Shown here: positions 27,583 to 36,574 of the stretch, in pieces | Position numbering within the stretch: position 1 is the stretch's first letter | How the letters are laid out: each line of letters starts with the position of its first letter | Source of the DNA: Planctomycetota bacterium | GTDB lineage: Bacteria > Planctomycetota > B15-G4 | Assembly: GCA_965248575.1 (NCBI GenBank) | Contig: CBDFJQ010000002.1 | Span: forward strand, 5,056,001 to 5,120,000 | Reading direction: 5' to 3' | DNA: 64,000 nucleotides | Made by a program: the position numbers and the translations under genes | The notes under the pieces: model-generated | What the model was told of the DNA's origin: nothing | What the model saw: only the letters and a program-made list of their open reading frames with translations | Database searches by the model: none

Positions 27583-29382
27583 ATGCCCCAAGACCGATCC
27601 CACATCGACCGACACACACGACGGCGCACAGCCCTGCTGCTGAGCCTCGTGCTGGTGGGGTTGGTGGGGTTCCTCTACGCACCGGTCACCGAGTTCGGGT
27701 TCGTCAGCATGGACGATCCCTACTACATCCAGCGCAACACCCAGGTGCAGGAGGGGCTGACCTGGGACGGCGTGGTCTGGGCCTTCACCGAACGCCGGAT
27801 GAGCAACTGGCACCCGCTTACCTGGATCTCCCACATGGTCGATGTGGAGTTGTTCGGGGACGACGCTGGGGGGCACCACGCCGTGAATGTCGCCTGGCAT
27901 GGGCTCAATGCGGCGCTGTTGTTGTGGGTCTTGCTGCGCTACACCAAGGCCCTCTGGCGTTCGGTCGTGGCGGCAGCCCTCTTTGCCTTGCACCCCTTGC
28001 GCGTCGAGTCGGTGGCTTGGGCCACGGAACGCAAGGACGTTCTCTCCGCCGCACTCTTCCTGCTGACATTGCTGGCCTATGAGCGCTATGCGCGGGGGCC
28101 GAGCGGACGGCGTTACGCGTGGGTGTTCGTGTGTTTCGCTGCGGCCCTGCTGTGCAAGTCGATGGTGCTGACACTGCCTGCCGTGCTTCTGTTGCTCGAC
28201 GTCTGGCCGCTGCGCCGGGTGTCCAGCGCCTGGGCTCGACCGGCAGGGGGGGCCCTCGAAGAAGGGCAGGTGACGGACACTGCCGTGCGTTCCCTCGGGC
28301 AAGTGCTTTTGGAGAAGGGGCCACTCCTGTTGTTGTCGTTCGGCTCCGCGCTCGTCACCCTCTGGGCTGCCGCCGACCGCGCGACGTCTTCGGAGGCCCT
28401 GCCTCTCGCCAATCGCCTGGCGACACCCGCCATCGCCTACATTGAGTACCTCAGCCAAGCGTTCTGGCCCAAGGACCTCGCCTGCTTCTACCCCTTGCCA
28501 CAGGGTTTTGCTGACGGGGTCCTGGAGCACTGGGTTCAGCAAGGGCGGGTGTGGGCAGCGCTGCTGGCGGGGCTGACTATCGCTGTGCTCATCGCAGGAC
28601 TGGGGCGTTGGAAGAAGACCTATCTGCTGACGGGCTGGTTCTGGTTCTTGGGCATGCTCGTTCCGGTGATCGGGATCCTCCAAGTGGGGAGCCAGGTGTG
28701 GGCTGATCGGTTCAGCTACCTGCCTCACATGGGGTTGGTGCTGGCCGTCGTCTGGGGGGTGCACGACCTGCTGGCGCGCGGCCGCGTCGGGCGCGTGTTG
28801 TGTGCTTTGCTCGGCGTGTTGAGCCTGGTGTTCTTGGCAGCGCAGACCCGGCCTCAGGTGCTCACGTGGCGCAACAGCTTCACCTTGTTCAGTCACGCCG
28901 TTGCCGTGACCGAGAACAATGCGCTGGCCCATGACCACTACGGTCGCGCCCTTGAGCGCCGAGGTGACAGCTCAGGGGCAGAGCTTCAGTACCGGGCGGC
29001 CCTGAAAGCGAGCCCCAGCTTTGTTCCGGCCGCCATCTCCTTGGCGCGGGTCCTGGCCGAGGGGGGGCAGCTTGAGGAGGCTGAGGCGCTGCTGCGCTCA
29101 GCGGGGAGCCAGGACCCCAGCTCCTTCGATGCCCACTTCGATCTGGCCCAGCTGTTGCTCTCCCGGGGCCGCGTTCAACCCGCCTTGGGGATGGCCCGGG
29201 AGGCTCACGAGCTGCGCCCCAACTCCTTGGAGGGAGCAGCTCTGGTGGGGCAGCTGGAAGTGGAACATGGTGATCTGGGGCAGGGGATCGAGCTCCTGAA
29301 AGGGGTCCTCGAGCGTCAGCCGGACCACGGGCCGAGCCGGGCAGCCCTTCGGGAAGCTCGTCGCCGTCGCCGGCAGCTTTGA
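27583..29382 (+). CDS. TMTC-like GT-C glycosyltransferase with C-terminal TPRs
   Basis: FVSMDDPYY, NWHPLTWISHM, HPLRVESVAWATERKDVL, ADRFSYLP, TWRNSFTLF, then TPRs. Confidence 0.88.
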   Translation: MPQDRSHIDRHTRRRTALLLSLVLVGLVGFLYAPVTEFGFVSMDDPYYIQRNTQVQEGLTWDGVVWAFTERRMSNWHPLTWISHMVDVELFGDDAGGHHAVNVAWHGLNAALLLWVLLRYTKALWRSVVAAALFALHPLRVESVAWATERKDVLSAALFLLTLLAYERYARGPSGRRYAWVFVCFAAALLCKSMVLTLPAVLLLLDVWPLRRVSSAWARPAGGALEEGQVTDTAVRSLGQVLLEKGPLLLLSFGSALVTLWAAADRATSSEALPLANRLATPAIAYIEYLSQAFWPKDLACFYPLPQGFADGVLEHWVQQGRVWAALLAGLTIAVLIAGLGRWKKTYLLTGWFWFLGMLVPVIGILQVGSQVWADRFSYLPHMGLVLAVVWGVHDLLARGRVGRVLCALLGVLSLVFLAAQTRPQVLTWRNSFTLFSHAVAVTENNALAHDHYGRALERRGDSSGAELQYRAALKASPSFVPAAISLARVLAEGGQLEEAEALLRSAGSQDPSSFDAHFDLAQLLLSRGRVQPALGMAREAHELRPNSLEGAALVGQLEVEHGDLGQGIELLKGVLERQPDHGPSRAALREARRRRRQL

Positions 29383-29385
29383 AGC

Positions 29386-29529
29386 TGTGGATAACCTGCG
29401 GAGCCAGAGAGCTACAGCAGGGGCTGCAAAGATGACAGAACTCATGGATCAAGCCGGAAAGTAACTATGCAAGCCGCTTGAGAGGCACTTGCCGGGAAGC
29501 TGGGGACTCTCCACAGCTTCGGTGGACAA
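29386..29529. promoter_or_regulatory. DnaA-box cluster (one perfect box plus degenerate boxes)
   Basis: TGTGGATAA at 29386-29394 is the exact reverse complement of TTATCCACA; CTCTCCACA at 29507-29515 and GGTGGACAA at 29521-29529 each have 2 mismatches. Confidence 0.5.
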
Positions 29530-29594
29530 GTACGCCTGGAAGAATGTTCCCGCCAGGCTCGCCCCGTCACTGGTGAAGGTGGGCGGCCCCACAC

Positions 29595-29615
29595 CGGGGC
29601 GAAACGCTCGCCCCG
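29595..29615 (-). terminator. GC-rich hairpin after the second TMTC-like gene
   Basis: CGGGGCGA-aacgc-TCGCCCCG next to the stop at 29617; no clear U tract. Confidence 0.35.
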
Positions 29616-29616
29616 C

Positions 29617-31269
29617 TCAGGAGTCGTCCGTTGCTTCGGAGGGGGCCTGGGCTTTGAGTTGTTCCTTGCGCCGCATGGCGCGCACGTTGACGAGATTCTT
29701 GGCCGCTGGTTCGTTTTCAGGGTCGCTCTTCACCGCCACCCGCAGGTGCTGCAGGGCCTCTTCGAAGCGGCCCTGCTGGGCCATCAGGATGCCCAGGTTG
29801 TTGTGGGCCTGCGAGTTCTTGGGCCGCCACTGGAGGGTCTTCTTGAAGCTCCGCTCTGCCGCGGCCTCGTTGCCGCGCTGCAGATGAATTTGTCCGATGA
29901 TCTGATGAGCCTGGGGCAGGCGCTCTTCCGCGGTGATCGCAGCCAGGCAATGCTGCTCGGCGAGCTCGAGCTCGTCCTGCGCGAGGTACTCGGCCCCCAG
30001 GAACAGATGGGCGGTGTAGTTGTCCTCGGTGACGGTCAGCGCGTGTTTGTAGAGCGTCTCGTTGTCTTGCCAGGTGGATGCCTGGGCACGGGCAGCCACG
30101 GTCAAGCTGGCAAGCGCTGCCAGGCTCAGGCCGCAGGCGACCCGCACGCGCGCGCGTGTCGCAGTGGACGTCTTGCCGTTCGTCGCCCAGGCGCCCAGCT
30201 CCCACGCAAGCATGATGCCCAGCCCGATGGTCGTGAGGTAGGTGTAGCGGTCGGCGCGTGACTGTTCGCCCACCTGCATGATGCCGATCACCGGGACGAG
30301 GGTGCCCAGGAACCACAGCCATCCCACCAGCAGCCAAGGCCGGAGACGGCGACGCCGTACGACCCAGATGGTGGTCGTCACGAGCAGCGCCAGGGACACC
30401 ATGGCCTGGCTGAAGTGCGGGCGTCCAATGTAGCCCGGGTGGGGGTAGAAGAACGCCAGCCCCGTGGGCCAGAAGCTGTTCACGACGTACATGACGTAGG
30501 CGTTGAACGCATTGAGGATGCGGTCAGCGAACCCAACGATCTCGACGGACTTGAGGGCTGCACCGGCGTCCTGGGCGAACACCGTGGCCAAGGCGGCCAA
30601 GGCCCCCAGCAAGAGCATCCACGCCTTCTCCTGCAGCACCGCGCGCAGCGGCCGAAGACCTCGCAGTGGCCAGAAGTCGAGCAGGAGCAGCACGCAGGGC
30701 AGGGTCACGAGCATGGGCTTGGCCAAGAGGCCCAGGGCAAACACCAGCAGGAGCACGCCGAAGGATGTCTCTGTCGGGCGTCGCGCATGACGCGCGTAGA
30801 CCCAGAGCGCGAGCATCCAGAAGCTACCCGAGAGCACGTCCTTGCGTTCGGAGACCCAGGCCACGGACTCGGCGCGCAAGGGGTGGACCGCGAAGAGGGC
30901 TGCCACCAAGGCGGACTTCCACACGCTGCCGGTCAGTGCATGCAGGGCCAGGAGCAAGAGCACCGCATTCAGGGCATGGATGCCGACGTTCATCAGATGG
31001 TGCCCGCCCGGCTCCAGGCCGAAGAGCGAGCAGTCGAGCATGTGCGAGACCCAGGTCAGCGGGTGCCAGTTGGCCATGCGCGACTTGGTGAAGGCCTCCC
31101 CAACGGCTTCCCAGCGCAGGCCCTGGTTGACCAGAGGGTTGTCGACCACATAGCCCGTGTCATCGAAGCTCACGAACTCGAAGGACCCTGCGGACAGATA
31201 GGGCACCGTCGCCAAGGCAGCCAGGGCGACGCACAGCGCCACCAGCACTCGTCTGTCACCGGTCGTCAA
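29617..31269 (-). CDS. Second TMTC-like GT-C glycosyltransferase with TPRs
   Basis: FVSFDDTGY, NWHPLTWVSHM, HPLRAESVAWVSERKDVL, ADRYTYL, AHNNLG TPR. Confidence 0.9.
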   Translation of the reverse strand: MTTGDRRVLVALCVALAALATVPYLSAGSFEFVSFDDTGYVVDNPLVNQGLRWEAVGEAFTKSRMANWHPLTWVSHMLDCSLFGLEPGGHHLMNVGIHALNAVLLLLALHALTGSVWKSALVAALFAVHPLRAESVAWVSERKDVLSGSFWMLALWVYARHARRPTETSFGVLLLVFALGLLAKPMLVTLPCVLLLLDFWPLRGLRPLRAVLQEKAWMLLLGALAALATVFAQDAGAALKSVEIVGFADRILNAFNAYVMYVVNSFWPTGLAFFYPHPGYIGRPHFSQAMVSLALLVTTTIWVVRRRRLRPWLLVGWLWFLGTLVPVIGIMQVGEQSRADRYTYLTTIGLGIMLAWELGAWATNGKTSTATRARVRVACGLSLAALASLTVAARAQASTWQDNETLYKHALTVTEDNYTAHLFLGAEYLAQDELELAEQHCLAAITAEERLPQAHQIIGQIHLQRGNEAAAERSFKKTLQWRPKNSQAHNNLGILMAQQGRFEEALQHLRVAVKSDPENEPAAKNLVNVRAMRRKEQLKAQAPSEATDDS

Positions 31270-32711
31270 CGCTGCCCCTCTCGCCCGGTGTAACCCAGGG
31301 CTCGCAGGGCTTCGATTTCCGCGTCGCCCAACTCCTGGCGTGTCTCAGGGATGCCGACGTCGAAGCGCTTCTGCAACTGCTTGAGGTGACGGCGCATGCT
31401 GGGGCCCAGCTCGCCCGAGGCCCGGGGGCTTTCGGCTTCGCCGCGCCGTCGCTCGAAGAGCTGGCCCTTCCAGCCGTTGCCCTCCCTGGTGAGCACGAAC
31501 TTGTGCTCCCCTTCCACCAGGGCGAACTTGGGGACGAGGGCTCCCCCGAGGGTTGCCATGTACGCGCGTCCTGTCCCACCGGAGAAGAGGGCCCGGCCGG
31601 GCGCCGACTGTTCACCCGTATCGAACGGCAAGCCCAGGAGATCCAGGACCGTCGGCATCACGTCGACCAGGCTGGCCACATCATGTCGCCGCTCAGGCGG
31701 GCGGCCGGGAATCCGCAACATCAAGGGGACGTTCACGAGCGAGTCGCTGAGGAGCTCTCCGTGGGCGAACCAGTAGTCGTCTTCGCCCAGCCCCTCGCCG
31801 TGGTCGGCACCAAAGAGAATCAGGGCCTCGTCGAACAGTCCCCTCGCGCGCAGGCCATCGAAGAGGGCGCCGATGGCCCGGTCCGTTTCGCGCACTTCCG
31901 CGTCGTAGCCCGCCAGGTAGAAGGCCGCGTCCTTCCGGCCCTCCAAGTACTGGTAATCGGGGATGCCGCCCAGACCGCGGGTGTCTTGGCGCACCTCCAA
32001 GTTGCGCGAGCCGTAAGGTGACGCCGCGGCCGCTGTCAGCAGATCGTCCCGGGCGCCGGTCGGGGGCGTGTACGGGCCGTGCGGGTCCTGGTAGTGCACC
32101 CAGAGGAAGACCGGCTGGGTCGCAGTGACCGGCGGGGTCTCCGTTGCGGAAGGAAGGGGGCGCAGGGCGTCCAGCACATGCAGGGCGGAGAGGGTCGTGT
32201 CCGGGCCCACCCGCTCGGGCCAGCCCCGGATGGCCTCGGCCTCCGTGAACTCGTCGTCAAAGATGTCGAAGCCCGACGCCAGGCCCGTGGAGGCCCTGAG
32301 TACGAAGTTGCTCACGACGGCACCTGTCTTCCACCCCGCTACGTGCAAGGTGTGGGCCAGGGTGGGCACGCCAGCCGGAACACCCGACTCGTTGTCCCGG
32401 ATCCCGAGCTCCTCGGGATAGCGGCCCGTGAGCAGGCTGGCGACGGAAGGCAAGGTGAAGGAGGAGGCTGCGTAGGCCCGCTCGAAGAGCACGCTTTGCT
32501 GCGCCAGGGCGTCCAATGCTGGCGTGAGTTGATGGGGATTGCCGTAGGCCCCCAGACGGTCCGCGCGCAGGGTGTCCACGGTCACCAAGAGCATCAGTGG
32601 GGGAGCAGGGAGGCTGGAGGCGTCGGTCTCGCCCGAGCAGGCGCCCAAGACCAGGAGCGTGCTCAACAGCCAGGCGCGGCTCGCTCGGTGGACGTGTTGC
32701 TCGGCTGTCAT
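31266..32711 (-). CDS. Sulfatase-like hydrolase/transferase lipoprotein (Thr at the nucleophile position)
   Basis: VDTLRADRL, SSFTLPSVASLLTGRYP, HYQDPHGPY, ADHGE; lipobox LGAC. Confidence 0.88.
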   Translation of the reverse strand: MTAEQHVHRASRAWLLSTLLVLGACSGETDASSLPAPPLMLLVTVDTLRADRLGAYGNPHQLTPALDALAQQSVLFERAYAASSFTLPSVASLLTGRYPEELGIRDNESGVPAGVPTLAHTLHVAGWKTGAVVSNFVLRASTGLASGFDIFDDEFTEAEAIRGWPERVGPDTTLSALHVLDALRPLPSATETPPVTATQPVFLWVHYQDPHGPYTPPTGARDDLLTAAAASPYGSRNLEVRQDTRGLGGIPDYQYLEGRKDAAFYLAGYDAEVRETDRAIGALFDGLRARGLFDEALILFGADHGEGLGEDDYWFAHGELLSDSLVNVPLMLRIPGRPPERRHDVASLVDVMPTVLDLLGLPFDTGEQSAPGRALFSGGTGRAYMATLGGALVPKFALVEGEHKFVLTREGNGWKGQLFERRRGEAESPRASGELGPSMRRHLKQLQKRFDVGIPETRQELGDAEIEALRALGYTGREGQR

Positions 32712-34357
32712 GGGTCGTTCCTGCGATAGACGCACACGCTGGACAGTTTGGCGAAGACGTCGGTATTGCGTTCGATGAAGCGCTCGGCCTGGCGACCGTT
32801 GAGCTGGCGAAAGAGGCCTTCCGTCTTTTGAAGGTAGAACATGGCTTCGAGACGATAACGCGCGGCGACGGCTTCGTTCAGGCCTTCAAAGAGAGGCAGG
32901 GGCACTCCGGGAGCCATGAGGTGCGACGTGGGGATGTTCACGTCCACGACGTAGCGGGGTCTGACGGCTTCGAACTGGGCGAGGGCCTCTCTCTGGCGCT
33001 CCTCCGAGTCGGGGTAACCGCCCGTGAGTGGGTAGGTGAAGATGTACTTGGTCGCGCTAGCGCGTCGTGCCAGGAACAGGATCTGGGGTTCTGAACCCAG
33101 GACGAAAATCTTCTCTTCGGCTTCGCTCCTGCTGGCGATGAAGTCGGCGATCAGTTGGGACTCAGCGAACGGGTTGGCGCCGTAGAGGCGTCGGGCGATG
33201 TCCGCAGGCTCCTGCGAGAGCAGGTCGAGGCGCGCCAGGCCTGGGGGCATCAGGAGCAGCAGGCTGACGAGCGCGATGCCCGGAATCAGGCCGCGGCCAG
33301 CGGCCGAGCGTGCCTGGAACTCGCGCAGCAGTGCGAGGGAGCCCAGGCCCGCCAACAGTGCCATGCCCGGTAGCCACTGGATGAAGTAGTGCTCCCGGAA
33401 GTAGAAGCCCGAGCAGACGCCGAGCAGGAGGAACAGGCTCCAGGCGATGGGCCAGGCCGCCGCCTTCCGAGCGGTTGGGTGGGCGATGGCCAGGAGGCCG
33501 AGGGCCCACAGCGCCCAGAACTCCGGGGCCTGGCTACGCAGTGCGTGAGCAAGACTGCTGAAGCCAGCAGAGGTGTCGGTGGACTGCACGTAGGCAAGGT
33601 TGTGCAGGAAGACGGCATCCAGGAAGTCAGGCCAGGCGTCTTGAGCGATGAAGCTCAGCACCACGGGCAGGATGGCCAAGAGGGTTCCGGCGGCCATCCA
33701 AAGGCAGCGCTGCACCCTGGTGGCCAGGCCCGGGAGACTTCCTGGGAGCGCGCACGCCGCGAGCAGCAAGCAAAGCCCGCTGGTCGCCGCGACCTGCTTG
33801 AACCAGAACGCTGCCATGCCAAAGAACCCAGCAAGCAGCCAATCGCGACCCCGTTCCGACTCCATGCCGCGCAGTACGCTGAGCAGGGACAGCGTCATGG
33901 GCAACACCATGTAGATCTCGGTGTTGGCGGCCTGCGCGAGGAGCGCCGGTGAGGAGCTGGCGACTCCGAACGCAAGGGCAGCGAAGCCGCCTACAAGGGA
34001 TCCATCGTTGGGGGCGTCGTCAGAAGCCGTTCGCTTGCCGATTCGGCGCCCCACGGCGTAGACCGCGAGCACGCTTGCCAACGTCCACAGCAACAAGCCG
34101 AGGTGGATGTCCCGGACGCTGTCACCCAGGAGCCGAAAGGTCAGCCAATAGGCAGCGAACACTCCCGGAGGTTTCTGGTCGAAGGCATCCCGATAGGGCA
34201 CATCGCCTTGGTCCATGCGCCAGGCGATGTACGCGTACTCACCTTCGTCACGTTCCAGGGGAACATCGAGCAGCGGCCAACGCAACGCGACGGTTGCGAG
34301 CAGCGCGAGGAGCAGAAGCCAGCGACCGGCTTGGAGGCGGCTGCCCGCGTCGGTCAT
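32708..34357 (-). CDS. GT39/ArnT/PMT-like GT-C glycosyltransferase
   Basis: ERDEGEYAY, DQKPPG, ANTE, multiple transmembrane helices, periplasmic C-terminal domain. Confidence 0.85.
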   Translation of the reverse strand: MTDAGSRLQAGRWLLLLALLATVALRWPLLDVPLERDEGEYAYIAWRMDQGDVPYRDAFDQKPPGVFAAYWLTFRLLGDSVRDIHLGLLLWTLASVLAVYAVGRRIGKRTASDDAPNDGSLVGGFAALAFGVASSSPALLAQAANTEIYMVLPMTLSLLSVLRGMESERGRDWLLAGFFGMAAFWFKQVAATSGLCLLLAACALPGSLPGLATRVQRCLWMAAGTLLAILPVVLSFIAQDAWPDFLDAVFLHNLAYVQSTDTSAGFSSLAHALRSQAPEFWALWALGLLAIAHPTARKAAAWPIAWSLFLLLGVCSGFYFREHYFIQWLPGMALLAGLGSLALLREFQARSAAGRGLIPGIALVSLLLLMPPGLARLDLLSQEPADIARRLYGANPFAESQLIADFIASRSEAEEKIFVLGSEPQILFLARRASATKYIFTYPLTGGYPDSEERQREALAQFEAVRPRYVVDVNIPTSHLMAPGVPLPLFEGLNEAVAARYRLEAMFYLQKTEGLFRQLNGRQAERFIERNTDVFAKLSSVCVYRRNDP

Positions 34358-35013
34358 CTTCCCGTTTCCGATTCCGCCGCTGTGCGCCCGCCGAGCGCCT
34401 CCAAGGTCATCAGGAACACCCGCTCGCCGTCGATGCTCTGCTCGTAGCGCACGGGGGCGCCTGGTTTCTGCTTCGCAAAGCTGTAGCGGCTGATGTCCAC
34501 GCCGCCTTCGGGCGTCTCGACGGTGACCGTGTACACCCAGCAGTCCCAGCTTCCCGACGGTGTCTCGACCGTCTGGTCCTCGATCAGGGTCGCGTCAGCG
34601 GGGAAGGTCGCATGGTGCTGCAACTCCACCCAGCTGGCTTCCTGGGAGACGGGCTCGCCCATCGTGTCGCCCTCCGCCGACTGCAGCTGGTTGGAGAGGG
34701 TGACGTGATCCGTTTCCCAAGCCACGACGGTCGTGGTCAGGAAGCTGGGCGGCTGCCCCGCGGGCTCCATGCGAAAGCGGGTCCAGAAGCCTACGGGCAT
34801 GGCGTCGCGGATCTGCTCGGCGCTGAACGGGTAGCGGGCGATGCCGCTGTCGTCGGCTGCCTCCGTCTCGAGGCCGTGCCCGGGTTCGCTCGCGGCGCCA
34901 GCCTCAGCGTCTCGCGACTGGACCGACGGACTCCCGCAGCCCAGCGCGAGGGTCACGACGAAGGTGGCCGCAGCCATGCCCAGCCAGTGTGCCTTCATGT
35001 CGCCCCGCATCAT
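34354..35013 (-). CDS. Hypothetical lipoprotein (beta-rich)
   Basis: Lipobox [17 protein letters not shown] motif; 4-nt overlaps with both neighbours. Confidence 0.75.
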   Translation of the reverse strand: MMRGDMKAHWLGMAAATFVVTLALGCGSPSVQSRDAEAGAASEPGHGLETEAADDSGIARYPFSAEQIRDAMPVGFWTRFRMEPAGQPPSFLTTTVVAWETDHVTLSNQLQSAEGDTMGEPVSQEASWVELQHHATFPADATLIEDQTVETPSGSWDCWVYTVTVETPEGGVDISRYSFAKQKPGAPVRYEQSIDGERVFLMTLEALGGRTAAESETGR

Positions 35014-35417
35014 GCGTTGAGTGCATCCGCCCCGGCCTGGGCCACGGCGTGGTCGTCCTCCACGCTGCTGCCGGAGACGCCGATGGCGCCGACGATCTCT
35101 CCGGCACCGTTCGTGAGGGGCAGACCGCCGGGGAAGGTGATCAGCCCGCCGTTGCTGTGCTCGATGTTGAACAGCGGCTGGCCGGGTTGGCTCAGCTGTC
35201 CGATGGCGCCCGTGGGCATGTCAAAGGATCGTGCCGTGACCGCCTTCTTCATGGCGATGTCGATGGAGCCCAGCCAGGCACCGTCCATGCGGGCGAAGGC
35301 CTTGAGGTTCGTGCCCGCATCCACGATGGCCACGTTCATCTTCACGCCCATGGCCTTGCACTTCTCGAGGGCGGCAAGCAGAACGGCCTGGGCTTGATCG
35401 ATGGTGATGTCAGACAT
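35010..35417 (-). CDS. GlcG/HbpS-family heme-binding protein (DUF336)
   Basis: VAIVDAG...RMDGA...KAVTA...GGLPL...GAIGVSG...DD. Confidence 0.92.
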   Translation of the reverse strand: MSDITIDQAQAVLLAALEKCKAMGVKMNVAIVDAGTNLKAFARMDGAWLGSIDIAMKKAVTARSFDMPTGAIGQLSQPGQPLFNIEHSNGGLITFPGGLPLTNGAGEIVGAIGVSGSSVEDDHAVAQAGADALNA

Positions 35418-35763
35418 GACGGGTGCAGTCTCCAGGGAGTCGGGGAGGAAGGGAGTTGACGATGGGGAGGTGCGCCGGTCGCGGGGGCCCGCCTTCATGG
35501 GCAGGGCCTTTGGCGAACCGGTGCTGACGAATGGTCGCCGCGATGGCTGCTTCGCGCAAGTCGCCGACACGCATGGCCGCGATGCGCTGGCAAGGCGTTT
35601 CGAACAGGATCGGAACTGGCCCCGGATGGGAAACCCAGGCTTTGGGTTAGGATGTCCGGCCGCCGCGCCGATGGCGTCGCACAGGTCATCACTCATGTCA
35701 GCTGCGAGGCCGGCGGTCTCGACCTCTCCACCCTCCTCTCCAGGCGCACCCACCTCTCCATCC

Positions 35764-36495
35764 ATGAAGATAAGTGGAGTCCTTCCGGTCTATCAGGAAG
35801 CGGGGTGTCTGGCCGCCAGCGTGAGGGAATTGAGCGAGTGCCTGGAGCGCCTCGCCCCGGGGTCCTGGGAGCTGGTGCTTGTCAATGACGGCAGCGGCGA
35901 TGACACCGGGGCGCTGATCGATGAGCTGGCGGCCGCCGACCCCCGCATCCGAGGTGCACACCACCAGCAGAACCAGGGCAAGGGGGCTGCCATCCGGACG
36001 GGCGTGGCCCTGACTCGGGGCGAGCTGGTGTTCTTCTCCGACGCGGACCTCTCGACGCCCGTGAACACCTTGGACGGTTTCCTGGAACGGATGACCGACG
36101 AGAGCGTGGACATCGTGGTGGGCAACCGGAAGAGCCAGGAGGCTGTCATCGAGCAGAGTCAGCCCTGGATCCGGGTCTACCTGGGTCTCGGGTTCACGAA
36201 GGTCGCCAACATGGTCACGGGGCTTTCGATCAGCGACTACACCTGCGGCTTCAAGCTCTTCCGGGGCGATGCCGCGCGTGAGGTGTTCGCTGAGCTGGAC
36301 ACGGCGCGCTGGTGCTTCGACGCCGAAGTGCTGGCCCGCGCCGCCCGGAAGGACATGAAGATCGTGGAGGTGCCGGTGGTCTGGCACCACGTGGAAGACA
36401 CTCGGGTGCGCGTTGCACGCGATATCGTGCAGTCTCTTGTGGAGTTGTGCGCCATTCGCCGCAAGCTGGGACGGGCTCCCAAGCGGAGGGGATGA
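35764..36495 (+). CDS. GT2 polyprenyl/dolichyl-phosphate glycosyltransferase
   Basis: [45 protein letters not shown]. Confidence 0.92.
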   Translation: MKISGVLPVYQEAGCLAASVRELSECLERLAPGSWELVLVNDGSGDDTGALIDELAAADPRIRGAHHQQNQGKGAAIRTGVALTRGELVFFSDADLSTPVNTLDGFLERMTDESVDIVVGNRKSQEAVIEQSQPWIRVYLGLGFTKVANMVTGLSISDYTCGFKLFRGDAAREVFAELDTARWCFDAEVLARAARKDMKIVEVPVVWHHVEDTRVRVARDIVQSLVELCAIRRKLGRAPKRRG

Positions 36496-36574
36496 CGCGC
36501 ACACTGGTGTTTCGGCTGATTGTTGCCCGCGGGGAAGTCTCTTGCACGAACTGTCGCTGGTCTCTCAACGTCCG

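Noticed and set aside
35722..35760. CCTCTCCA repeated three times before the GT2 start
   Set aside because: Short, irregularly spaced pyrimidine-rich low complexity with no supporting evidence of function.
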